64,000 nt of DNA from Eledone cirrhosa (Eukaryota). Positions 1 through 14,618 of this stretch are shown here, piece after piece. The position numbers and the translations under genes are program-made. The stretch is from the NCBI GenBank assembly GCA_964016885.1, contig OZ024741.1:84816001-84880000 (forward strand). The letters run 5' to 3'. The notes under the pieces were generated by a model that searched no databases, was not told the origin of the DNA, and was given only the letters and a program-made list of their open reading frames with translations. The first letter of the stretch is position 1, and the number at the start of each line of letters is the position of its first letter.

Positions 1-88
1 TTGAATATCTTATTTTATTCTTTTATCATCTTATTCCTTCTACCATTTTATCATTTTTTTTGTTTACTTATTTGCTTATATTATTTTG

Positions 89-268
89 TGAATTGGCAGT
101 ATCGGTAGAGGATCAGACGCCATGCTTTCTAGCATAGTTATGTCCCTTTATGATCTGAATTCAAATCCCGCCGAGGTTAACTTTGCATTTCATCCTTACG
201 TGTTCGATAAAATAAAGTACCAGTAATCTACTGGTTAATTGCTGGCCTTGTGCCAAAAAGTAGAAACA
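89..268 (+). mobile_element. tRNA-derived SINE (same family)
   Basis: Aligns along its length with 11489-11661 and 16604-16780. Confidence 0.8.
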
Positions 269-402
269 ATTATTTTATCTTATTTTATTTTATTTTATTT
301 TATTTTATTTTATTTTATTTTACTCTACTTTACTTTTTATTTCTTTATTTTATTCTTATTTTTTAGTCTTTTGCCATTTCATTTCATTCTATTGTTCTCT
401 TC

Positions 403-436
<34 letters not shown>

Positions 437-569
437 ATTTTTTATTTTTTATTTTTTATTTTTTATTTTTTACTTTCTTCATTGTATTGCCTTTTATTTC
501 TTCATATGCTTGGCACACACACACACACACACCCACCACCCCGCCGCTACCACCACCACCACCACCACC

Positions 570-1010
570 ACGAGAAATGGTGGCAGGATAGATACCAGCA
601 AACACACAGATCCTTCTAAAATCAGCAGCAGCAGGACTTAAGCTGACCCCAGCACCAACACCACTACCAAAATAAGGGTAGAGATCAGATGTACTTAACA
701 ATAACAAAAACAACCACTACAGATTGCCTCGCCTCAGAAAGAGTTTCTGTAGACTTTTGACTGATGAATGTTCTCACAATTGACCAATGGGTGAAGAGGA
801 TGTCCTTGACGCCGAAATTCGTTTGTTTGAATTCATATGATTCCAGTTCCTCAGAGAAATAACAACCCAACCAGGAACTGGGCATATCCGGGTATGGGTA
901 CTTGTCTCTACCACACTAATTTGGACTGCCTGAAGAGGTCACAGCCAAAGATGGCTGTCACCGAAGTATATATAGCAGTAATAAACGAAGACAAATTTTA
1001 AATATTTGAC
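570..1010 (+). mobile_element. Possible Penelope-like 3' relic ending in a hammerhead motif
   Basis: Peptide WQDRYQQTHRSF resembles the GIY-YIG R..H..SF block; hammerhead-like fold at 925-979. Confidence 0.35.
925..979 (+). ncRNA. Type I hammerhead-like motif (A15.1 to G variant)
   Basis: actgc-CTGAAGA-ggtcacagcca/aaga/tggctgtcacc-GAAG-tatata-TA-gcagt. Confidence 0.6.
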
Positions 1011-1030
1011 TTATTTATTTTATTTTATTT

Positions 1031-1068
<38 letters not shown>

Positions 1069-2503
1069 TTTAATTCCTTTAAATCTTCATCAACACTCCT
1101 TCGCTTCCATCCTCATTAACACTCCCCAAACCCTCAGCCACACACAAATCTCTTATAAATAAAGTCACAATTTGCGACGCAAATTTAGTTCAGTTTGGCA
1201 ATCGCCACCGACGAATGGGAGAAGTTCTGCAGAAAGTTAACCAGCAATCTTAAAGAACTTCCCACCGACATTAACAAAGTACTTATCAGATCTACATAGC
1301 CAAATTGTAATACTGAAATATAAAATTAAATTGTTTATAACTACAAGTGAAGTCATTCTTTTTCTTTTTTCAAATGTATATTAACCCATACATTGACCTA
1401 GGCATCTTTTTATCGTTCTACGTTCTATTGAGACACCTATTCATGTATTTACTTTGTGTTTAATATATATTTTCAGTTCGAGTTGTTAATTTCTGTATAT
1501 ACAGAAAAGAAAAATACAAAAAAAAATACTTTAATATCAGAGGGGTAGCGATGTAAATGCAGCATTAATCCGGATCATAAGATTCCGGGTTTGATTCTAC
1601 TGCGTAACATTTTGGGTGAGCTTCATTTATCACAGACACAAATTAACTCAGCCTTTGCAAGCCTGTCAGATAAAATACCTTTAATTGAAAGGACCTGACA
1701 TGTCACCCTAGAAGATCAGACTTTTCTCACTGAGAATTATGTCAAGAGTGCATGTGTCTGTAAAATGCCCTACACTATAGTACAAAATGGACAGTATCTG
1801 CAATTTAAAGTACTAGCCTTGTCATAGACTGTACCATGCAGAATTTCCCTTGAAATTACGTATCTGTGGAATGCTCAGCCACCAGCACATTAATTTTACG
1901 CACATGGATCACATGATTGGAACAATCATCGTCAGAACTGAAAAGAGTGCCATTCCATGTTATTATCTGTGGTGGCCGTTAGTTAGATGTTGTGTGTTTT
2001 TAACTTGATGGTGTTTCATTGTGTGCCTCTGCAGTAGTTTAGATTTAATTTTATTGTTTATTGCTTTCTTTACTGGAAAAATGTTGAAAACTCATTGGAG
2101 GAATTTATTTATTGTGGGTGTTGATTTTCTAGATAAACTTTGTATCTTATAAGACTTGTTGATGTGTTGCAGGATATATGTGAGGTATATATGTTTATGT
2201 GCCTATAAATAAGTATATAAATGTTTATAGGTCCATAAATTTATTGTTGTTTTATTCATTCTTCTCATCTATCTTTAAACACCAAACCCTTTTCTATATC
2301 ATGATTATGTCTGTTTTACTTTAATTTTTTTTTTAGTCTTCTCGTCTTCCTTTCATTATTCGTTCTATCTCTTTGTGCCTCCACTTCTTTGTATTAACTC
2401 ACACACTTTTTCCGTAAACTGTGGAATCTAAAACAAAATAAGATAATTAAGATAAGCTACCCTCACAATAGTTTAGCACATCTCCCCATCTAAAACGCAT
2501 CCC

Positions 2504-2585
<82 letters not shown>

Positions 2586-2648
2586 GGACGTAAAATTTGA
2601 AAATTAAAAAAAAAAATTAAAAAAATTAACTTACTTACTAAAATTTTC

Positions 2649-2730
2649 ACTCCAACTAATTAGTTTCTGCAATGGGATAAAGACAGTTACGTAATATAAC
2701 CGTCGAGAATTCATTGCGTCATCAGGGAGT
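2649..2730 (-). ncRNA. Type I hammerhead ribozyme (inverted copy of 3527-3608)
   Basis: Reverse complement of the above. Confidence 0.8.
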
Positions 2731-3526
2731 CTATTCTCAGCTAAGTCTCCAGGCAATGCGCAGACACTGGGGTCTCATATAAAAATAATAATAATTCGGT
2801 AGATGGAACAGCTAGCGGGGACTGGATTCCATGCACTGAAAAGCTCGCTGTCTCTGGTCAAATGGCAGATTCTAAAGAATCAATCACGTGACACTGAGGC
2901 TAGTCGGAAGGAGTGGGATGGTAAGATGACTGAAGCCTACTACCACACCAATGAATTAGTAGTGGTTTTGGCAGGTTTGCTCAACAAATAAATAATTTGG
3001 AGATAAATATAGAGAATTTAGTATATCTACTGACATATGCGTACAGATGTACGCTAATGCTAGCAAATACATAAGTTATGTCATAGTACCTAGGTGGTTC
3101 AATGCAGGAGGATGCAGAACAATAATATGAAGGACGTAAAATAAGAAAATTTTATTGAACCACCTAGGTACTATGACATAACTTATGTATTTGCTAGCAT
3201 TAGCGTAAATCTGTACGCATATGTTAGTAGATATACTAAATTCTCTATATTTATCTCCAAATTATTTATTTGTTGAGCAAATCTGCCAAAACCACTACTA
3301 ATTCATTGGTGTGGTAGTAGGCTTCTGTCATCTTACCATCCCACTCCTTCCGACTAGCCTCAGTGTCACGTGATTGATTCTTTAGAATCTGCCATTTGAC
3401 CAGAGACAGCGAGCTTTTCAGTGCATGGAATCCAGTCCCCGCTAGCTGTTCCATCTACCGAATTATTATTATTTTTATATGAGTCCCCAGTGTCCGCGCA
3501 TTGCCTGGAGACTTAGCTGAGAATAG

Positions 3527-3608
3527 ACTCCCTGATGACGCAATGAATTCTCGACGGTTATATTACGTAACTGTCTTTATCCCATTGCAGAAACTAATTA
3601 GTTGGAGT
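3527..3608 (+). ncRNA. Type I hammerhead ribozyme with palindromic stem III
   Basis: actcc-CTGATGA-c gcaatg..cattgc a-GAAAC-taatta-GTT-ggagt. Confidence 0.8.
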
Positions 3609-3789
3609 GAAAATTTTAGTAAGTAAGTTAATTTTTTTAATCTTTTTTTTTTATTTTCTTATTTTACGTCCTTCATATTATTGTTCTGCATCCTCCTGCA
3701 TTGAACCACCTAGGTACTATGACATAACTTATGTATTTGCTAGCATTAGCGTACATCTGTACGCATATGTTAGTAGATATACTAAATAA

Positions 3790-3853
<64 letters not shown>

Positions 3854-3875
3854 ATTTATAGTTTTAATATAGAAG

Positions 3876-3926
3876 AGATTCTACAGGACTAGAACTGTTT
3901 CATTCTTTAGAAATCATCAGGAATCT
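3876..3926 (-). ncRNA. Type I hammerhead ribozyme
   Basis: Minus strand: agattc-CTGATGA-tttctaaagaat-GAAA-cag ttctagtc ctg-TA-gaatct. Confidence 0.8.
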
Positions 3927-4149
3927 GGGTATCAAAATATAAATATGGTATTTATAGGTCTCTTCAGGTGGTAGGAGAGGGTAGGGAGTGGGATGGCTAG
4001 AGGTCATTGGTTGATAGAAAAGGGAATTTATTAAAAGCTAATTCTTTAAAGCTATAATTTATATTTAGAGTTACTCTAAATATAAATTATAGCTTTAAAG
4101 AATTAGCTTTAATGAATTCCCTTTTCTATCAACCAATGACCTACATTCT

Positions 4150-4716
4150 GAAACTACATTGCCCAGGGTATCTGGATAGGTATATTTCATTTTAATCAAA
4201 GGGTTACCCGGGGGCGCAAACTCCCGCTGAAAACACCCGCTGAAACTTTTTCCCTTCGATTTATATAAAATTTTAACCATAGGTGAATTACAAGATATGA
4301 TGCCTATTCACAGAATTTCAGCAAATTTCAATAATATTAAGACACCCTAATGTGGGTTAAACCCCCTATTAGGGTTCCTTGGGGGCACCAACCCCCGCTG
4401 AAATTTATCCCTTCGATTTGTATGAAATTGAAACCAGGGGTAAATGACAAGATATGATGCCTACTCACAAAAGTTTTGAATTGATATTTTGAAAAAAATT
4501 ATTTACAAGAAACAAAATAAGAATATGATTTAATAATGTAATTTTGATTTCATATATTACAAAAAATAATATTTTCCAATTTTTCATGCATTACATTTAA
4601 CATTGAGTAATATTGAAATGCAGAGTTTTTTTCCATAAATTATATCCCTGATTTAAAATCAATCATCATTTTCTTACAAAAGTGTGAAACGCAGCAATGC
4701 GCGGGTAATTCGGCTA

Positions 4717-4718
<2 letters not shown>
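4150..4718 (+). mobile_element. Probable non-autonomous Helitron-like element
   Basis: Ends cgcagcaatgcgcgggtaattcggCTAGT into (TA)n, resembling the Helitron 3' end at 25570. Contains an internal imperfect duplication (4200-4310 vs 4372-4470). Confidence 0.55.
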
Positions 4719-4762
<44 letters not shown>

Positions 4763-4917
4763 AGGAGGTGAGTTTTATTGTAGTACAATAAAGCAATGCA
4801 AATATCGGATAAGTACCACTCTACAGTTTATAGGACTGGAGTATAAATAATAAAATGATATATGTATTTAAAACTTCACTATTCACTAGTGTTTTTTAAC
4901 CTTCATATCATGTATCC

Positions 4918-4972
4918 TATTTTATCTGACGAAAACCATGATATTTGTTTTTGAAATGCGCATAATAAAATA
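4918..4972 (+). ncRNA. Type I hammerhead ribozyme
   Basis: tattttat-CTGACGA-aaac..gttt(tt)-GAAA-tgcgca-TA-ataaaata; 8-bp stem I and palindromic stem III. Confidence 0.75.
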
Positions 4973-5007
4973 CTTGGAATTCTTTTAACCATCTTTTGAT
5001 CTTATAT

Positions 5008-5084
<77 letters not shown>

Positions 5085-5122
5085 GTATACATATATAATA
5101 TATACACACATATAGAGAGAGA

Positions 5123-5163
<41 letters not shown>

Positions 5164-5689
5164 TGAAAGTGGAAGATTCCAGTAATATTTTAGTAATGTG
5201 CATTAAGCTCAATGTGTTATTCATGTCAAAACATGCAGGAATCAAAGTCCTGGGTGTATTCGAAAGCATTATGATACTGGTAAACGAAGACGATGAAAAT
5301 CACACAGTATACATAATCAGCTCACAAGGAATACCAAGGTAGTTTTTCAATTACAATCATATATTTCAATGAATGTAATTCAATAACTATCTTGGTATTC
5401 CTTCTGAATTGATTATATATATATATATTATCATGTTACATGGTAAGGTCGTTTTTGACTAAACCAGCACCCCCACTAAGCTTTGCCTGCTTATGGGGGG
5501 AGGGGGCAATTATTTGGACAATCTGCGGGAGGAAAAACGAAGCCCGTCAAAGGAACTCAGGACTGTTACCGGCCATCCAATATTGTGTACGTATGTATAC
5601 ATTTTTATATACTTTTATATACCTTTTAACTATTTCTTCTTTAAATTTTAACTTTTTTTCATCATTTAGCATTTACACTTTCTCTCATT

Positions 5690-7660
5690 TACTATGAGAG
5701 GGCCCTGACAACATATGTTAGTAGAAAAACCCAGCAGGTGTGTGTAACGAAAGTTTCGCATCAGACGTATTTTAGCGAATCTCTTATGGAGTTAGTTACC
5801 TCCAATTCTATCTTTACTTTGGAAACAAGGGACTGTGTTTAGCTAATGACGTCTGAAAACGATCTCAGTTGAGCCTAGTGAAAAAGCCACACCCCACAGT
5901 GAGGTACCCCTGTTTGGAGCTGAACACTACGGATATAGATGAGTCTAACCCCGAGAAAATATACCTGTATCTTTATGGAGCAGATTCGCAGAATATCTAG
6001 ATGAGTCCAATCCTGAGAAAAGATGCCTCTATCGTTACGGAGCAGCTTCGCAGGTTATCCAAATGGCTCAAAATAATCTACGTAAAAGGTTTCAGCGTAA
6101 TGATGACAAACATGACCATGATATACTTAACTCGTTTGAGACCCCAGCAGCAACATCTGTTTGGAAACCCGTTAAGAAACGCTCCGGGAAAAATCTCACA
6201 GCGTAATATTCATTAAGAGTGATTCACTTCAAATCTTGTTTAAAATTTGAGTTAGCTACTCTGTCCGAGAGTGAATCAGTTGTAAAATTCTTTGATTTCT
6301 TCAGTGCAACAAAGCAAGGGGAAGAAAGTGTGAAAGAATCTCCTCAAGTTCTGAAATGAGACCTATCATGGAAACCGCCCCAAGTAATGTGGAGTCTCCG
6401 GTCTAACGCCAATACCTAAAGTTGACCTAACAAAAATGGACATTCACAGAGTCATATCGCTCTCCAAAGTTGCATCCCAGATATACAACCACCACTGTCT
6501 GCTTGACAGATTTCCACTAGTTATCAAGGAGGTGTTACGTCCGAATCAAAATTGTTTTCGCCAAGGCCGCTCCACCATATCTCACAAACTTGCTCTTCAC
6601 CGTATAGTAGAACTCAAAAACCATGACATGGAGTCTGTATTACTATTTATCGATTTCCGAAAGGCTTTTGATTCCATGAATTGTCACAAAATACTTGAAA
6701 CTTTCGAAGCTTACAGCATTGTATCTGATGTATTCAACGCGATCCGTGACATGCATTCGACATCAACACAATCGTTCTCCAGAACGGCCCTCTCATCTGG
6801 TTCCTTTTCATTTGCCTAAAATATATATTATACACTTCGGCCACTGACGGCCTAACAATATGACGACGTCGTAGTCACCGGCATTCTACCGAGGTTATAA
6901 CTGATCCTAACTATTCTGACACAATTGCGCTTCTCGAAAATACGATCCAACCTTCACTGGATCCCCTCATCGGAGTTGAGAAGACGTGCCAGAAAGCTGG
7001 CACTTGAATCCATCTACCGATGATCGCCTAGATGAATCAGATGGTTCAGATATCGAACTCGTGAGTAATTCCGAGTTTCTTGGGTGATTGCACAGACTTC
7101 GGTCGTGACATCAGTTTGCTCAGTCATAGAGTGTCCTTCACTTTTTACAGAAGGTATGGAAGGCGGCCACCCACAACGACACAAAAACAAGAGTATAGAA
7201 AAGATCCCTCTTTACTGTTTGGAGTAGTGGATATTGAATGCCGCAAGACACTAAATGGTACATTTAGTCTCTTGGTACATACTAAATGGTACATACAAAT
7301 GGTACATATAAATGGTACATACAACGCTCGGCGTGCAACATCACCAGGAGTCGTCATTCAACAAATAACTCTTTGTAGGGATCCCTCTCTCATATCTCTG
7401 GTGTTGTGAATTGTCATAGTCTGGTCCTTGCCGGCCATGTCACTCGCCATGATGAACCCACTGGAAGATTGTTCCTATTGACTCTGGTTGCAAAGTGACG
7501 AATTGTTTGGTCGAATATCACTTGAAATAAATTATTAGGCTGGACACAGGCATCAAAAGAACGGATCTGCATGTGGCAATGGTTGAGCGACGAGTCTGGA
7601 ATTCAAACTCTAACTACACCTCTCCACCGCATCAAGGCATCGGATGACTGCTGATTTGCC
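5690..7660 (+). mobile_element. Degenerate RTE-like LINE relic
   Basis: ORF 6436-6819 has RT N-terminal motifs (LRPNQNCFRQGRST..LLFIDFRKAFDS). Boundaries are approximate. Confidence 0.7.
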
Positions 7661-8338
7661 GCCTTCAAGTGCAATAGTTAGCTTAAATCATTTCAGACAA
7701 TCCTGCTACTAAACATGAAAAATGTAGATATGAAACTGAACAATACAAAGAATAATTTTTCTCGCCTAGCATTTGAGTATTTCATTTTTTGGTTCACCAC
7801 AGCGCATAATGGATAAGGGCTAATTTATACATTGAAAGCTTTTCTCCAGACAATTCAGTCTACTTAGCATAGATATCACGATAAATTAGGCTTAAGTATA
7901 ATGCCTTAAACTACAGACTTTCAAACTCATAATTCTTAAACATATTTCGTTTTTACTGTAAAAATTTAAGTTACATTGTTATCTATAAAATTATTTTTTA
8001 TTTCATATATAGATTTTATTATATATGTATATACACTTATATATACATATATGTGTAGATGCATATGTGTATATACATAAATGTATGTCGTTCTTTATAA
8101 TATATTTCATTTTAAATATCTTAGTCACAGGTTTTAAATATAATATATTTACATTTCTTTTTTTTTTTTCAATTTTTTTATCAGCCTAGAGCAAACTTAG
8201 ACAATAAATTCTCTTTTTTTATATATTTATACATTGCTACAAATTTATATATACAAGCATATATACATGTATGCATGTATATAGATATATATAGATATAT
8301 ATGTTCATACGGATATATATATAATACCTACACACACG

Positions 8339-8402
<64 letters not shown>

Positions 8403-8448
8403 CATACATACCTACATACATACATACATACATACATACATACATACA

Positions 8449-8480
<32 letters not shown>

Positions 8481-10827
8481 CGGTTACACATGCTTAAATA
8501 TATATATACTTTTACACATGCTTACACATAAATATACATATAAATCTATATCGACCCACAATAATATCGAACAAAAGATTTCACTGAACCAAATTCTGCT
8601 ATAAATTGTATTTAAGTATTCATTTTGTGTTAAATCATTATTATTATAGCAGTATAAAATAAAACAAATAGTAATAAACTAAACATGGAAATAAAACAAA
8701 AATAATAATCCTTACAATACTTTAGCAGTAACTATTGTTTGTGATTTGTTTACGGGTTTGTCTGAATTTATTTTAGTCAAAGACAATACTGTTTTGTTGT
8801 ATTTTCTTTTTTCTGTCTCGTGTTATTTTTTCATATTTTTCTGAGAAAAACAATTTAAGTTTTAAAGAATGTGGAAGAATGTGGTTTGTTATAAAAGATA
8901 TTCAAAATAAGAAGTAAAAAAATGACGGTTGTCTCGATCTCCATAATTTATCTCTATATTTATTTTTTATTGTTACATTTCGGTTGTTATGTAAGCTATG
9001 TATATACCAATTGTCAAATGATCGTTACACGTATTATGAATCTCTCTTTCCTTCTTTCTCCCATTCTTCTTTCTCCTCTTTCTTATTCTCCTCTGTTTTT
9101 CTTCACCATCACCATTACCATGTTTCTTATGTCATAGACAGTATTTATCAAATAAATATTGTATCATGGGTTTATTCATTGCAACAATTTACAGGTTTTT
9201 AGTTCAATTCCATCTACGTCTATCTTCCTGACAAGTCATAACAGTTGTTACCACAGATGAGTCATATGTCTACTGGTTGGGCCACATGTAATATTTAGTG
9301 AGCAATAGTGACATTTGTATATGTTTTCAAATGTTGTCCGCATATATATCAAGTTTTCTTTTTCCTAGCAAGCCATTTCAATTTTTTTTTTTTTGTTCAG
9401 CTTAATATATATTTTTTTCTGCTTTTAGTAGAGGAAGATTTGGCATGGTCGTTACAGCATCAGATTAGATAATCCAGTATTTGTTCCGGCTCTCAGTGTT
9501 TTCATCTTTTCGGTGTTGATAAATAAAGTACCCGTCGAGTGACTCTAGTTTGGCAGAACTGTTAAAAGAAATTCAGACAGGATACATTGCAGTATCTGTT
9601 CCGTCATTATGCTCTCTGACTTCGGATACCGGCGTCTGTTACCAGTAAAGAGGGAGGCAACTATTCCTCTAGCTTTCGTTAGAGTAATTGTTTGTCTTTG
9701 TATCAACCATTTTGGTTTTCTTGTTTTTGCTTTTTCTAAACCAGCTCTACTCGAGTAACCTGTTGATCCAAGACATTCGGGATATGATCATTCTATATTT
9801 ATTTGGTAGTAGTGGAAAAGGTGGTGGTTGTGGTGTTGGAGGCTGCTAGTAGTGGTGCTACTGCTTGTGGTGATTGTGCCAGTGGTGATAGTGCTGGTGA
9901 TGATGATGTTTTTATTTTGTCACTTGAAATATTTATGTTCTAGCTTCCTTTTCTATTTAAATATATTTTCCATGATTCGATGTGACTTTATAGTTGGAAC
10001 CTGGCTCAATAAATGTGTATTAGAAGCTTTACAGTGTAACCTAACATGATATGCAGTAATGTCTATGGTACAGTGAGAAGCTGACGCCATTAGCCTTATA
10101 GTCATACATAGTTAATTTCAGATCCATTAAACGAAACATTATCAAGGAAAGTTGACAATAATTTTCCACTAAGATCTTATTGAGAACTATAGAAGAGTAT
10201 TTTTCTGTCTAAAATTTTTTATTCTTCTATCATTCTATAACTTAACATTTTTTTTACTTAATTTATTAATTCCTTTCTGTTTTTCAATTATGTGTGGATG
10301 TTAGAATTTAAATACTTAAATTTTGTTTTTCATCAATATTTTTTGTTTTTTCCTATGATAATGAAAATAGAGATCTGATATGTTTTTTTTTGTGTTGTTT
10401 TAGTTTGTTATTCTCCTTCTCTTATCTCATCTAGTTAATCAAATGAACTAAGTATGCATACCTGTTGATGATTAATACTCATTAGTGATATTAGCAAAGG
10501 AAAGGTAAATATATTAACAATACTATCATGACTTTCTCAATTTGATTAGACAAGTGATTTGGGAGATTACAGACTAAAACTGAAATATTCATCGAACAGA
10601 CTCCATTAATTTTCTCATTATAAATGAACTGTAGATTAGAGCATCATATTGCTAATAAGCTAATAAGAAGATCACCATAAATACTTGATACCATTTCTCG
10701 GTTTGCTGCAGCACTGTTACTTTTACGTTGTAAACCAATATAATATTTGACTAAGACACTGTTAGACTGACAAAATCATAATGCATTACTTGGACATTTA
10801 CTTTTGTTACAATATATGTTTGGAATA

Positions 10828-11000
10828 GAGCGATGGCAGAATCGTTAGAGAGTCGAACAAAATACTTTACGGCATTTGTTTCGGCTCTTAACTTTCTGAG
10901 TTCAAATCTTACCGAGATCACATTTGCCTTTCATCCCCCAAGAGTCGATAAAATAAAATCGATACTGAGGTTAATATAACCGACTTACCCCCTGCTTATA
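10828..11000 (+). mobile_element. Older SINE copy
   Basis: tggcagaatcgttaga..gagttcaaatc..tttgcctttcatcc..gtcgataaaata. Confidence 0.7.
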
Positions 11001-11261
11001 ATATTTGGCTAAGAAAGTGACAGTTTGGCAAAAGCATAGCAGAAGGCTTCGCCAAATATATTTTCGATGCAATATATTTCTGTAATTTTAAGATAAAGAG
11101 GTGAATTGATCAAGCCATAATTAATTTTAAGATATATTTAAATGTATAAGTGCCTGAGATGAGTTGATAATAAGATTATAATATTTCAGCCTATTTACCT
11201 CATCTTTAATGGTAAAACATTTCTTTTTAATATGCAGAATATTTATGTCTATGCAGAATAG

Positions 11262-11415
11262 TGGATTAGCAGTCCTGGTAGAGCGTCGGATAAATGTCAT
11301 TGTGTTATTTGTTGTCTCTTTACAATTTGAGTTCAACGCCTGCTGAAGTAAACTTGCCTTTTATCTTTCCGAGGTCAATACAATAAAGTACCAGTCAAAT
11401 ACTGAGGTTGATTTA
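11262..11415 (+). mobile_element. Older SINE copy
   Basis: gagttcaa..cttgccttttatctttccgaggtcaatacaataaagtaccagtc. Confidence 0.65.
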
Positions 11416-11488
11416 GCCACTCTGTCAGCCTATATCTACACTACATTTCAGTTGGTTTGATTAACAATCATCATTATTTGTCTCATCC

Positions 11489-11661
11489 GCAAAGGTGGAT
11501 TGGCAGTATCGGTAGAGGGTCAGACACCATGCTTTCCAGCATAGTTACGTCCCTTAACGATGTGAGTTCAAATCCCACCGAGGTTAACTTTGCCTTTCAT
11601 CCTTACGGAGTCGATAAAATAAAGTAATGTCGATAAAGTAATGTGCCAAAAAGTAGAAACA
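11489..11661 (+). mobile_element. tRNA-derived SINE with a 16-bp TSD
   Basis: A-box-like tggcagtatcggtaga, B-box gagttcaaatcc, conserved body tttgcctttcatcc..gtcgataaaataaagta. TSD attatttgtctcatcc on both sides. Confidence 0.85.
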
Positions 11662-13494
11662 ATTATTTGTCTCATCCATAAATATATACATATTGTACAT
11701 AAATATGTACAATATTGGATTGGATATAGTGTAATAATGCTCTTTCATAATCGGTTAATAGTGCTATATTTCTAAGTTATTTCATTTAGCTCCCTGTCGT
11801 AAAAGCAACCATATTGAGCTGGGTTTTCAGCAAGGCATAACACTTCGTTGATTCTTCTGGTACTCTAGCTGTTATGATAATTTCATTCCATTAAAATATA
11901 TGGCATGTTGGTGCATACTATATATATTCATTTGTCCACAACGTAAATGTTTATATACTCACTAAGATTTCCCAACGTTGTTCTATTAGGACTACCTAGC
12001 AGTTCTTTTTATATCTACCACAGTACTTATTTTCTCAAGTTTGGTACTCATTTTATCGATCTTTGTCACACCGCAAATTATGGGACATGAACAAACAGCA
12101 GACGAAAACGACAGACAGTCAGCTATACACACACTACCACAGCCAGCTGGAGCTTAGTCTCACCATGAAGTCTCACGATGTCTCTACTGAAGAGAGTGTC
12201 TTGTACTCTTCGTCACCTATAACACCATGAAAGTGAGATACGCTCTACGAACATCACAAACATTGCCACTAATACCATCATCGTTATCACCCCCGACGCC
12301 ATCATCTCAATCAACAACAACATATCTATCACCATCTCTATCACCACCAATAACAACACAACCACAGTTACTGTTATAACCACCACCAAGACAATGAATA
12401 CCGGCACCATCATCACCACAACTAACACTACCACCACCAGCACCAACGTAATTGTTATTATCATAATTATCATTTATAAGTAGCAGCTGAAAAGAGATTG
12501 AAAATATCGTTCTAAACCCAATGTTTCTTCAGTATTTTATTTCAGTATCTATTCATTACATTTTGAGAACTGAGAAAAATCATAACAACAACAATAAAAC
12601 ATAATTAACATCCTGTTTAAATCTGATGTTGCTTCACGGACCCGTAGAGTGAATAGCAAATGTGTTACTAGTGAGGCTGACGATGGAGATGCGCTAAAAC
12701 TGTCAGTACACGTCTCCACCCGACTGCAATAAATAGAGGAGTTGATCAGGAATATTCTTTGATTGAAAATAAATATAGGAATGTCTGCAAGACTGTTTGT
12801 TGTTAGTGGAAAATAGAAGAATAATGTTATGTGAGTAAAAAAATAATATTCAGTCATATCACCATAATCTCGTTTTTAAACCTGTCTATTTATATAAAAA
12901 TATATTAAATACATACATAAATAAATACGTACATAAAATACATATACCTATATATATATGTGTGTGTGTGTCTGTGTGTGAGTGTGAGTATGTGTATATA
13001 TATCTGTAAGTGTGTACGTAAATAGATATATACATATATGTTCTATTGTCAAACATCATCCATTAAAGTAATCTATTTGGCCAATACAACTTTTGATCAG
13101 TCTTTATCACGAAATTTTGTTGATGTTATTGATTTATTTCGTCAATATTATTGTTAAAAGATTTTATAGATTTTATTCTTCTATAAAAGCCTCATCTGAT
13201 TAAAATCTGTTCAATTTCCTTGGTGTTTTTCTTTTTCATATAATTCTATTTTTGCTGTTGGGTCATTGTAATGTTTTTTATGTACGTATGTATTTATGTA
13301 TGCTTGTATGTATATGTGTATGTACGTATGTAAGTATTTATGCATGTGTTTTATTTATTTATCTTGTTGTTGTTTTAACTGTTTGCCCTTACGTAAAGAA
13401 TTTTAAGTTGAGAGCGAAATTTAGAGAGACAATCCATCAAATGAATAGTTTTTCTTGATTTTGACACCAACAATTTATTTATTTATTTACTACC

Positions 13495-13499
13495 ATTAC

Positions 13500-13593
<94 letters not shown>
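13495..13593. repeat. Compound trinucleotide microsatellite (ATT)n(AGT)n
   Basis: Read directly. Confidence 0.95.
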
Positions 13594-13594
<1 letters not shown>

Positions 13595-14087
13595 TTATTG
13601 TCGTTGTTGTTGTTTTTGTAGTTTTTGTTGTTATTATTTATATTTATTCTTGTTCAATATTATTTTCATTTTCACAGATTATTTTGCGGCAGCTTCACTG
13701 AATACACTTCTAAATCAGAAACAAATTGTTGATTCTGCCATCCACCATTGACTGTTGTTAGCATAAAGTGAAAAGAGAAAAGCAAAAAAAAAAACGTTTT
13801 ATTTAAATGAAATGCAAAATATAAACAAACATCTGTTATAAAATTAACAAAAATATATCAAAAACGGACGAAAACAATACTGATTCTTGTCTCCCCTTAA
13901 AATATAGCTTTTTCTATCTCTCTATGCCTCATTCCTTTCTCTCCTTACACCATCCATTAAAGACTCTACAAATAAATATTTAACAGTTCAAACAATTTTC
14001 AAATATTTGATAAATCTGTGAATGACATTTGAAAGATTGAAACCATATTCACATGACTTCAGTTTATGCTTTGATGCTTTTCTTTTT

Positions 14088-14161
<74 letters not shown>

Positions 14162-14182
14162 TATATATATATATGTTTATAT

Positions 14183-14219
<37 letters not shown>

Positions 14220-14297
14220 GTTTATATTATATATATATATAAATATATATATATATGGAAAAAATGAAACGAAATTTCATTTCTCACTCTTAGTATA

Positions 14298-14336
<39 letters not shown>

Positions 14337-14370
14337 GCATATACATATATATATGTATAAATATATATAC

Positions 14371-14444
<74 letters not shown>

Positions 14445-14528
14445 CTGATGTTTAATAGAGCCCCCTTCTACACACACAGAGGTATAGAGACAACGTCCTA
14501 CACGTATAAACAGACAGACACACACACA

Positions 14529-14618
<90 letters not shown>

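Larger units (their letters stand above)
2581..3786. repeat. Fold-back cassette (~0.55-kb unit, partial tandem plus inverted copy)
   Basis: 2581-3102 is inverted at ~3154-3677. The unit restarts in tandem at 3127, and again at ~3700 on the other arm. Flanked by (TA)n and (TC)n(TA)n. Confidence 0.9.

Noticed and set aside
755-840. CTGATGA...GAAA hammerhead candidate
   Set aside because: Could not form convincing stems I and II.
2803-3454. Duplicated 62-aa ORF MEQLAGTGF.. on opposite strands
   Set aside because: By-product of the inverted repeat; antisense to the ribozyme strand and has no recognisable motif.
12549-12857. 102-aa ORF and nearby splice-like signals as a host exon
   Set aside because: No recognisable domain; plus-strand frames after the candidate acceptors hit stops.
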